Assembly (NCBI RefSeq): GCF_009914755.1
Contig: NC_060926.1
DNA length: 64,000 nt
Direction: 5' to 3' (one strand)
Source of the DNA: the human T2T-CHM13v2.0 reference genome, Homo sapiens
Shown here: piece by piece, positions 53,970-64,000 of the stretch
How positions within the stretch are numbered: position 1 is the first letter of the stretch
Layout: the number at the start of each line of letters is the position of its first letter
Translations under genes and position numbers: made by a program
Notes under the pieces: generated by a model
What the model saw: the letters and a program-made list of their open reading frames with translations, nothing else
Database searches by the model: none
What the model was told of the DNA's origin: nothing

Positions 53970-54070
53970 CATATATATATATAGATATAGATATATAGAT
54001 ATATTTTCTATATATGTAAAGCATATATATATATGCTTTTTTACATATATATCTATATATATGTAAAGCA
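53970..54070. repeat. TA-rich tract with internal palindrome
   Basis: ATATATGTAAAGC(AT)6GCTTTTTTACATATAT at 54010-54050. Confidence 0.85.
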
Positions 54071-57000
54071 AACTACTTTTCATTTTGATGGTAAAATACA
54101 AAGCTCAATTTTGCTTATTAGTCAAAAGAGAACAGGGAAACAAATATATAAAATCAGTTTTATTAAATGCAATAAAATTGTATTTTGTTTTATATAGAGA
54201 TGCTTATGAAAATATTTTCTTCATCTATGAAGTTTGTTAAGCAAATAAAAAATTAAAATTGTATCGTAAAGGCATACAGGTTAACTTCAGCAGTAGCCCT
54301 TTTTGAAAAATCATAAAACTGGAACTGAAAGGAATGATGTTCTGTTACAATAAAAACATAATGATATTTGAGGAAACTAAAGAGCTCTAAAACAACTATA
54401 TAGACATCATAGCATATATTGTATGAATAACTAGTTATCAATAATATGTAATCTTACAGAATATAGTTTTTAGGTTTATATGGTATAGAAAGAGAAAGCC
54501 TTTAACTGATTTATCTTTAAAATAGAAAATGAAAATTCAGCCGAGTGTCATATAATATTGCATACAGCAGAAAAATAGCAGATATTTTTACATCTTCCAA
54601 TTCTGTGATTGTTATATGATAAGGGGAAAAATACTCAACCAAAAGTAAGTTACCATTTTATTAGAAAGTTGTTTGGATATTTGAGGGTTATATTATTCTT
54701 TAGTGTATATTTCTAAATTATTAATTTCACTATACTTTGGCCTTAAGCTAGTTTAATAATTTGAGATCACTAACACATTTGCAAACCCTCTATTCCCAGA
54801 AAAATGCAGATGAATGCATGCAAAAGACATTGTATTTCAAAGGGTTCTTGGAGGTTTAGGTTTAGAATCTCTGGATTAAGCTCTAATTTAAATATGTCAC
54901 CTCTTGGAGTAGAAATATTTATCAAGCAGCTTTTTAAAATTTTGTTGTTTTGTTTTTTGTGTTCTTATAAGATGATTTAAAGAAGATAAAAAGACAATAT
55001 TGCATTTTGCTCTTCAATGTGGTAAATAAGCAACATTATGCAAGTTGTACTCTATACAAATCTTTTAGCAGTGGAGGTGAAGATGGATGAGGGTTGAAAT
55101 CAGCAAACCATGAGCCCTGTAACTAAGCTGGAGAAAAACAGTACTTTTCTTTCCTATTTGCCCAGAAGGTCTCCTTTTCCACCAAGCTTGTGTTAGTTGC
55201 TGGCCTGCAACTAGATCCTCTAATTTGACTACTTTTGTAAATCAGGCATAGAGAAATCTTACATGTATACAAATTATTGTGCATAAACATACACAATGCA
55301 CACACAATGAGAGATTTTGGAAATTAAAAATTAAAAACTCATTATTCAGGGAGTAGTTTTCATTCATTCCCTTCAAACTCATTTTCATTCTTAGGGAGAT
55401 GGTACTTTCTTTGTTTATATTTTCAACTTGCTATTGATGATCAAGATATGACAAAGAGAAATTTTCCAAAACAAATTCTCTTTCTTCATAGCAAACATAG
55501 TCTAACAGTGAGAGGTCATTTTTAGTTAGCAGGAAAAAATATTTTGTATTCTACACAGCTCTGGACACAGACTACTCTTTATAACCTAAGAGGAAAGAGA
55601 CTTGAGATTCCTTAAGGGGGAAGAGAATTTTCCTTTAACTCTTACCTATATGTGTGTATATAGGTTTTGCTTCTCTTGCCCACAGGGATTTGGATATTTA
55701 GTCTACATCCTACTCTTCAAGTTGATTAGCTCTCCTGGATCAGTGCTTGTTGGAATAATGTTTGACATCCCTGGAAACTAAACCTTCCTCACGTAGGAAA
55801 GCACATTTGTTCCTTCTATCCATGTCCCCTGACTCAGTCACCATTCTCTGGTGGTTTCTATAAGATTGAATCCTTATGAGTCCAAACAACATCACTTTGC
55901 CACCTTAGTTAGGATATCTGCTCAAGCAGAGAGCCCTAGTTAATTGGGAAAGTGCTGCTGGATTTACCGAAGATCAAGATCTTCACATAAAAGGGAAACC
56001 TTTCTTTCTGTGACTTCAAGAGGTTTTTCTTCAACCACAAAGACCCTGGATGCTATTAGGCTCTGAGGTTTTTGATTATGTAAGCAGCTGTTTATCATTC
56101 CTTTAGGAAAGAATTCTGCCATGTATCTTTAATATGCATTGTCTAAATCAGAAGGTTTTTTAATACACTACTACAAATTCAGCTTTGCTACCATGTGCTC
56201 ACTAAACAGGCAATAAACATTTATTGCTGCTGATGAGTTCAGGAACTGGAATTTGCTGAAGCCCACTGTGATCGACAGCTGCCGAAAAACTGAATGTAGT
56301 CATTGTTTAGCACAAGTTCCCATGTGCTGCAAAAATCTGGAGAGGCTCTCAGAATGACTGGTGTATGGCTCTCTGCCCTCAAATACCAGGTGTCATAGGT
56401 TAAGCCTCCCTTGTCCCGGTCCAGCCCAGACTACTTGAAGCAGAGTTACCGTTGTTGCACATGCTCTTGATTCAAATGCATGCTGAGCTTTCCCTGATCA
56501 GCTTGTTCCTTTGGGCGATATCACAATTTCATCTTGTTCAAGCTGTCTACATTCCTGTTTACTTAGGTTTGCAAATAGAACTTTAGCACTCAAATTAGTA
56601 CTGACAGAACAACCTGCAAGTATTCTAAATCCTCATTTGCCTTCATTCCAAGGGACAGCACTCTATTTTCAAAGCAATATTGTTTTATATCAAAATTGTT
56701 CTCGTGGCCTGAAAACATAATGACATGGAAATGCATGGCATGAAAACCCTGCATTCCTAATTTCAAATGCAGTCATCTAGGTGTTAAAACCGACACCAAA
56801 GGGCATCTAACTCCTTGACCAACACTGCTGTTTCTTCCTTTTGAACTGTCTGTTTTTCTCATAGGGCACAGAGGTATGTGTAAACAACAGAAAAAAAATA
56901 TTTTTAAGATAGTAATTCAGTAGTGCATAGGAGTGATTTTTTTTCCCTTAATATAAACAACTCTGACCTACAAAATTCTTTTCTGCTAGTGTTCTGGTTC

Positions 57001-57214
57001 AATTGCCTGGAGACTCAGTGTCATGATTAGCTGAGAATAAGTTCCACTGCCTCTAACTGGCAGGACTGGAGGCAGGATGGCCAATGAAAAGAAATCCTAA
57101 GGGGAGTGAACTGCTTCTTATCCTAACTCGGTTTTATTAGATGGGAAATCTTGGGTAAGGTCACTAAATCATAGCCCGCTTCCCTTTCTAAACAACAGTC
57201 AATATGTATGAGAG

Positions 57215-57375
57215 CAGTAGTTCTCACCCCTGACTACATGTCAGAATCACCTCAGGAGCTTTTACAAAGTAATATACCTTGGTGTCATCCAGACTAAGTT
57301 AAATCAGAATTTCTGGACATTGAGCCTGGATGTTGGTATGATTTAAATGTCCTGTGGGTCGCTGAAGTCCACTAG
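57215..57375. mobile_element. MER5-family (MER5B-like) DNA transposon
   Basis: 'cagtagttctcacccctgactacatgtcagaatcacct...aaatcagaatttctgg'. Confidence 0.7.
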
Positions 57376-59134
57376 ATGAGCAGAATCTAATATTCTATTT
57401 ATGCAGACATACAAACAACCCTCACACAGGCTGTCAGGGTTAATTGGTGCCTCCAATTCTTAAGACTTTTTGGGATACTCCATCATGAATAAGCTTGCTT
57501 CTCATTCGAGTTTTCTTTGCATTTACTTGGTATTCACCTTTCTCTTCTCTGCAAACTTCCGTCCACTTTCTGGCTTTTACAAATTAGTTTTCATCTCTTA
57601 TCTGCTCTTATGTCCTTATTTGAAGGATTTCTATTTCTTTTTTTTTTTTTTACTTTACTGACATTTTAATGGTATCTTGAGGAAGAGTAGAGATCTAAGT
57701 ATTCAATCCACTGTGTTTAGCCAGACATATTTCCTTCTCTAAGTATCAGTTTGAATTTCTCATTTGTTTGGAGAGGCTTGGTTCAATGTTCTATTTTTCT
57801 CTGATATGCCGAATCTCTAGCATCACTCCAGAGCTCAGTTGCCACCCATCTGAGAAAAATACATGATGCATCGTTCACCCTGATTTTCCTTAGAGTCAGC
57901 AACTCACCTGTTGCATGATTTTAGTCTCTCCAGGCTTTCAGGGCGGAGGAACTTGCCACATTCTTCCAGAAGCATTCTCTCTTTGTACATCTGTCCCACC
58001 TCCCTAAATATGTCAGTGCCCTCTCTTTTGTGTGCTCTTCACAAATCTTACTCCTGATCTTCCTCATGAGAGGTCTTGCAAAACCCCTACATAGAACCTG
58101 TGTTATAATCAGTTTAAGGGAGAAATAATAACAATTCAAAAAGATTTAAGAAAACAGATTATTTTAAGAAGAGGTTTCTTTTACATGGTTCCAGAAAACA
58201 TTCTTCTCTATCTTAAACAAATATTATAAAGACGAAAACGAAGAAGGACCCAGAGTCCTCCATGACTTTTTAGTAAATGAAACCAATAAGACACATGGCC
58301 AAAAAATTTAGAGTTTAGAAAGGCACAACATGAAATTTGAAAGTTTCCATCACCACCTACAAGCCTCCACCACAAGGTTAACCACTATTAACTAAGTTTT
58401 TACATTTTATTTCTTAGCATATTCGTGTACATGTAAATATATACTTCTATATATCTATATTAATAGCAGTATCAATCTTTGTTACATAAAAGAGGTTGTA
58501 CTACTCACTCTACTTTGCAGTTTCCCTTTTTCATTTAATATAGCGTAAGTCTAGAAATAACTCAAACCTGAATGTCCTATTTGATGACTAGAAATGTCTA
58601 CAGGAAGTGGACATTATAAGGAAATGTACAATATGTGAACAATATGATTTTGTCTTTGAAAATCTGAAAGGCTTTATGAAAAGAAAACTTTTCAATAAAA
58701 TTATAAACTTCTTTCTCAAGTCATTTTTCAGTGTTAGTTTAATTATAATTTTAATTACCATTTTCTGACTTTTTTCAATGTGAGCAGTAATGAAAATTCA
58801 GATGGATGACTGATGCCACCCCTAGAGATATACCTGAATGCAGCTCAAAACAAAATCACTCTGATCAGTAAACACTTCATTAAACTCACCGAAGCTTAAC
58901 GACTTCAATTGTTTTTATCATCACATATGTCATTAAAAGCATTCTAATTTCATAACTTTAACAAAAGTAATTATTTTCAACTTCAACATTTTGAAGCTCT
59001 GACAGTACCAAAAAAATAAAAACAAGCTAAACGCAATCTACATGCTTAACCATACTATAAGAGATTCAAAATTCTGCCCTGCAGTTAGCAATTTATTACT
59101 ATTTTATGCTATATTTGTGTGTGTATGTAATGTG

Positions 59135-59581
59135 TGTGTTAGTCATGGTTCTCTAGAGGAACAGAAACACTGTGAATTGGCTCATGTGAAATCTGATTGC
59201 TGGAAGTCCCAAGACCTGCAGCTAGCAAGCTGGAGACCCAGGAATGCCAATGGTGTAGTTCCAGCCCACATCCAATGTCTGACAGCCAGGATAGCTGATG
59301 ATGTGAGTTCCAGTTCGAGTTTGAGTCTAAAAACAGATGACGTATGTCCCAGCTTACAGTCAGGCAGAGAGAAGGAGGAGATTATCTCTTTTCTCCTTCT
59401 TGATCTATTCAGGCCTTCAACAGATTAGATGAAGCCCACTTACATTGGGGAGTGAAATATCTGTTCTTAGTCTATGGATTCAAATGTTAATCACATCCAA
59501 CAACATCCTCAAAAATACACCAAGAATAATATTTAACTAAATATATGGGTACCCTGCAGACACATAAAATTCACCATCATG
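59135..59581 (-). mobile_element. ERVL solo LTR (MLT2B-like)
   Basis: Starts 'tgtgttagtcatggttctctagaggaacagaa', ends 'gacacataaaattcaccatca'; explains ORF 59042-59428. Confidence 0.85.
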
Positions 59582-61456
59582 ACATATTTATGTATATTTG
59601 TATACAAATACATATACCATATAGCACTTCCTTATTAGATATATACATTTGTGTGTAAGTGTATATTTTTTAGTTCTTCTTAGAGAAATAAAAGTGGAAA
59701 ATATCAGAGAGTCAGCTTATCTTTTTAAGATATTCTCTTATTAGTCATACAATTTTTTTCCTGTTTCAAAAAATCAATATATTCTAGAATTTTTAAAACA
59801 TATATATGATTCTATTAAATCAGTGATTTAAAGAGTTGATCTGTTTAAACTCATAGGAGTGGATGCCAACCAGATATCTCATTATGGTGGATGTGGAGAC
59901 CTACTTTCATCCTGTTTGTGAATTTTTTTTAATGTATAACTACTTCATATGTAAAAATCTGTTAAGCCTGTTTGACTGGAATGTCCACTCAAATACCTAA
60001 AGAAGAAGTTTTCATTTTAATAAAATACTACGAAGGCATACCCTTTTCATTTAAAATTGTGAAGAAAAATATTCGAACTATTAGACACTGGAAAACGTTA
60101 GAATTCTTTCTCGCCAAGTCAGAACTGGATTTTTGTCATCCACAGTCAGAGACAAAAAGAGATTTTAGTGCTCACATTATAGAAATTTAACATCTCCGAA
60201 GTTAAATAACTTTATTTTTTTTTACGAAAAATAAAACAAAAGTTTTTATTTTACCCTCACGTAGAAACTGTTAAACAGTTCAATTCATCAATTAACTCTT
60301 AAGCACCTATACCATACCTAAGACATGGCTAAATTTGCTGGGGTAAACTAAATAAAAGGGTGTTCTCCCAGACTTTACAACCTGAGCTGATTGCAGAAAT
60401 TAGATTTAAATGTATTTATTTAAGAGGAACATTAGAATTGCAAATTTTTTATTTATGGCAATAGACCAGAAAAAAAGAGCAAAAATAGACAAGGTGCCCA
60501 TCCTTGCAGAACTGATAGTCTTATTCTCACTTCTCTCCCCTCCTTTTCCTACTCCAAGACTCAGTCATCACAGCTCTGTTTCCCTCCTGGACTCTACCCA
60601 TACAGCCACAATCTGTCTCCCTTTTAATGAAGAGCAATCCTCTAAAGTCATGTGGAAAGTCATCAGGGAGGCCATCACTAAGCTTTGTGAATGTGGAAAG
60701 GGGCTGTAATAAATAGGGAATTTTCCCCCCTTTCTCTCCTTGCTTCTCTTAAATTCTGTTTCTATACTGTGTGTATGTGTAATGAATACATTCCAAAAGC
60801 CTTAACATGAATCCCTTGCTTCTGGGCCATTGAATGAAAGTTATATGCATCTAGGTAGAGATTACAAAATGTGGACCCTTCTTTTTTGGTTTCCAAAATC
60901 CAAAGAGTAATAAAAATATGTGATAACTTTAAAATTTTCAAAGAAAGTAAGATAGAATTGAAAAGCTGTGGTTATAAGAGTCTATGGTCATAACTGAGTT
61001 TCTGACTGTATTGGAATACCACATATTAACAAAGTAAGAATGAAGGCTTAGTGAAAAAATATCCCTTCCTCATCACTAAATGTGTAGGAGTGATATGCCT
61101 TGATTTGCACATATGTCTTGGCTGTGTTGTTTCTGGTTGGTGCTGTGCTTGCAACGAAATCAGCTGTGATTGATTAACTCCATTAGGAATCTTAAGTATG
61201 AAATATTTCAAATCAACTCTAAGTGCATATTTGAAAATTATAAATGGTTTTAAACTTTAAAGCCAATCCATCATCTTTTCTAGAACTATGTTTCCTGCAG
61301 TATTAATGTTGCTTCCAATTATGCACATTTTTGCACTTGACTATTAACTACAGATTTTACAAGGTAAAGTCTCAGGTTCACATTTGCAGTTTTAGGATGA
61401 TTTATCCTCCATTTCTCTTCACAGAAATATTATGGGCATAATACATAGAAATTACT

Positions 61457-61945
61457 GTCTGTTGGTTCGGTACCACCATTCTTTCTAGTTTCTCTCATGT
61501 TTCTATGAGCTGCCTGTCAGGTCTTCAAGACACCTTGCTTATGGAAGCAAAGACGATGGACAGTCCTAGCTGCTGCTCCTTTGAATTCACGACTGCATTT
61601 GCACCAAGGTCACACTTTCCCTGGACTGTTCCCAGTTAATGGCTGAGCATGGTACCGGTGACCACCCATTGCTGCCTGCACAGGACACATCCAAAGGCTA
61701 ACCTGTGCTCAGGGACTTCCCATTAGTCTGGTCTGAAGTTTTGAGAAGGGCACTGCAGTGTGAGACTCTTCCTACCCAATTCTTCCTTATCTCTTCTCTT
61801 TCACAGGTGTCAGATTCATATCTTCATGTGAAGTCTCTCCCTCCTAGTACTTCTCACTTTCCCCTTTATCCTTTATAGATGTTTTCCTTAGCAAATGTCA
61901 TTAGCCTTTAATTCAACCTGCTTCTTGGAGGACCCAAACTAGCAC
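61457..61945 (+). mobile_element. ERVL solo LTR (LTR16-like)
   Basis: 'ctgttcccagttaatggctgagcatgg', 'ctttcacaggtgtcagat', end 'ctgcttcttggaggacccaaactagca'. Confidence 0.72.
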
Positions 61946-61949
61946 TGTC

Positions 61950-62446
61950 TTCTTTGTAGGAGTTTCTTCAACTGCCTCTTAAATGTTGATGTTTCCCAGG
62001 ATTCTAGCCTCTGTTCTTTTTCTTTGATACCATAATTCATTTCAGTTACTCCAATATATACAACATAGCATTTATCTGTTAGTATTTTCCAGATTTTTAT
62101 CTCTATATCACATCACTTTCTGGACAACCAGAACTGTCTATACAGCTCACAACTAGATATATTCACTCAAAAGAACTATAGGCATCATAAAACCAACATA
62201 TTATAAAGTGAGTGCATAATTACTCTTCAACTCACCAAACCCATTCTTTCTGTTGTATTGTCTAACTCAGTAAATTTTATCACCATCTGCTGGGAAGTAC
62301 TCTGTTACCCAAATCAGAAAACTGGTATTCATCCCTGATGTATTTATTCCTTCATCCTGCCAATCAGTCTTTACAGTCTGTCAGTCCTTCTCTATTAGTG
62401 CCTCTTGGCTCTATTCTTCTCATGCCATGTCTCAGTCAGCTATTAA
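61950..62446 (+). mobile_element. L2 fragment
   Basis: 'ttaaatgttgatgtttcccaggattctagcct', 'ataggcatcataaaaccaacata', 'ccaaatcagaaaactgg'. Confidence 0.65.
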
Positions 62447-63688
62447 GTTAATGTTTGCAGAGAAGAGGAAGCTGAATACCAAGTGACTACAAGGAGGACT
62501 CCAATGAGAAGCAAGCCTAATCATGATACAGAATTTCATTCAGAAACTCTCAAGAATTGGAGGTACCATTCATCTCTGACATTTCATGTGAGGCATGGGA
62601 TGAAAACAGAGATTCTTTGACTGTCTATAGAAGGAACTTTAGATCCTGCACAGCCAGACAAGAGCTGGAGCCTGAAAGTTTCCTCTGAAGGTGTACTGAA
62701 CCACAGCAGAATGAGATTTAGGGAATCAACAAAATAGAGGGCTGGGAACGGTTCAGTATTGAGAAGTGAAAGTCTACATGTTGAATGGAAAGATCCCTCA
62801 TCCCTGCTTCTACTTGGCTCTAGTAATGATGGTTGTCAGACATAAAATCACCATTTTACTCCTAAGACTCCAAAAGAATATATATACATAGAGAGAGAGA
62901 GAGAGACTGATTTTGGAGGGCTCTCTAATAACACAATGGGTTTCTGCTTGTTGTAATTCTCTCTTGGTAAAACCCATCAGTGGACAAGTTCCACCATAAA
63001 TGCAGGGCTTCCATTCTATTTTTAGTGATTTGTCTTAAAAATAAAAAAACATCAACCAAAAAAACCAACTATGATATGTAAGAGTAGAATAAAAGAATTT
63101 CTAGTAAACAAGTTTCAAAAATGTCAACTTACATTTATCTTTTATCAAGGAGGAGAAAGAAGGTAGAAAGGAGTTAATTAAGAGAAAATGACAGTGGATG
63201 CAGGGGAAATGAGATCCACACAGAGGAGAGGATAAAGGCCAGTCTGGATGGAGGGTCTGTCTAAGATTTAGAAAATAATCTACCTGGTAGAAGTGAAAGG
63301 GATCCAGCAGGAAAGCTTCATTTGGATGCATGGGGCAGAAGTTGACCAAGAGCAAAATAGTGTTTAGACTAATTTTACAATTCTGTTAGATGGTTTTGGA
63401 AGAATTGCTAATGGCACACAGGAAAGAAAGCAAATGAAAAGGCAATAATTAACTCTAGGAAATTTGATAAAAAGAAAGTGTAATCGTAAAACATGGCTTA
63501 GAAGAGAACAACGTGAATATAATCACAATAAGATAAAAGTTGAATATTGCTTTCACTAAGACATATGATATTAGAAATTAAAGGATATATGAAACTAAAT
63601 TAACTTTATTAAAACATTTGTACAGGTATCTTAAAGGGAAAGGAAGATGACTCTATTCTTCTCATGCCATGTCTCAGTCAGCTATTAA
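62409..63688 (+). repeat. Perfect 38-bp direct repeat pair (62409-62446, 63651-63688)
   Basis: CTCTATTCTTCTCATGCCATGTCTCAGTCAGCTATTAA, identical in both copies. Confidence 0.97.
62450..63640 (+). mobile_element. Old HAL1/L1M-like fragments
   Basis: 'gatccctcatccctgcttctacttggctctag' and 'gagatccacacagaggagagg' recall HAL1/L1M 5' sequence; very diverged. Confidence 0.45.
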
Positions 63689-63722
63689 TGTAGCTACTTG
63701 GCAAACTAAGTTTGCTACTTGG

Positions 63723-63900
63723 CAAATGTTCTCAAACATTAGTGAGCATCAAAATCACCTAGAGAGTTTGTCAAAACAGAGATTACTGGGCCCCATCCTC
63801 AGTAGATATGGAGTGGGGCCCAGAAATTTGTATTTCTAGCAGGTCACCAGGTGATGCTGCTGCTTTTGGTTTGGAAACCACATTTTGACAAATACTTCTA
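63723..63900. mobile_element. MER5A DNA transposon
   Basis: 'gttctcaaacattagtgagcatcaaaatcacct...cagagattactgggccccatcc...ggggcccagaaatttgtatttctagcagg...caggtgatgctg'. Confidence 0.85.
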
Positions 63901-64000
63901 TAGGATGTTTCACCTGCTGCAAGATCAACTGGGCCTTCCCTTGCAGCTGGAATTATTTGAAATAAATCTTTAATAAAGATGCTTGGGATGCAACAAACAT

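Noticed and set aside
55950-57200. Repeat-poor stretch as a conserved enhancer or exon
   Set aside because: No ORF, splice pair or motif cluster I can support; conservation data would be needed.

Overview
AT-rich, CpG-poor primate (human-like) non-coding DNA, intronic or intergenic; AluS/AluY elements and an MLT2A1-type HERV-L fix the lineage. I find no cellular coding exon, RNA gene or CRISPR array. The ORF track is explained by decayed HERV-L gag/pro/pol/dUTPase, L1 ORF2, Alu read-through and chance. The main feature is a two-LTR HERV-L provirus (8458-15672, 5-bp TSD GCTAC). Its 5' LTR tail is inverted, its primer-binding site and 5' gag are missing, and a ~1.3 kb TA-rich, locally palindromic array sits in their place. 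It lies within a nested L2/L1M/L1/LTR stack. Other notable signals: a perfect 38-bp direct repeat 1.2 kb apart (62409/63651), a 45-bp copy of nearby unique DNA inside a TA tract (4326/5717), a strong CTCF motif (32677) and a duplicated NF-E2/Maf site pair around a GATA site (18890-18933). I cannot support a new biological system here; the best leads are these local rearrangements and candidate regulatory sites. Subfamily names come from my recall of consensus sequences and need RepeatMasker/Dfam confirmation; boundaries of old repeats are approximate.
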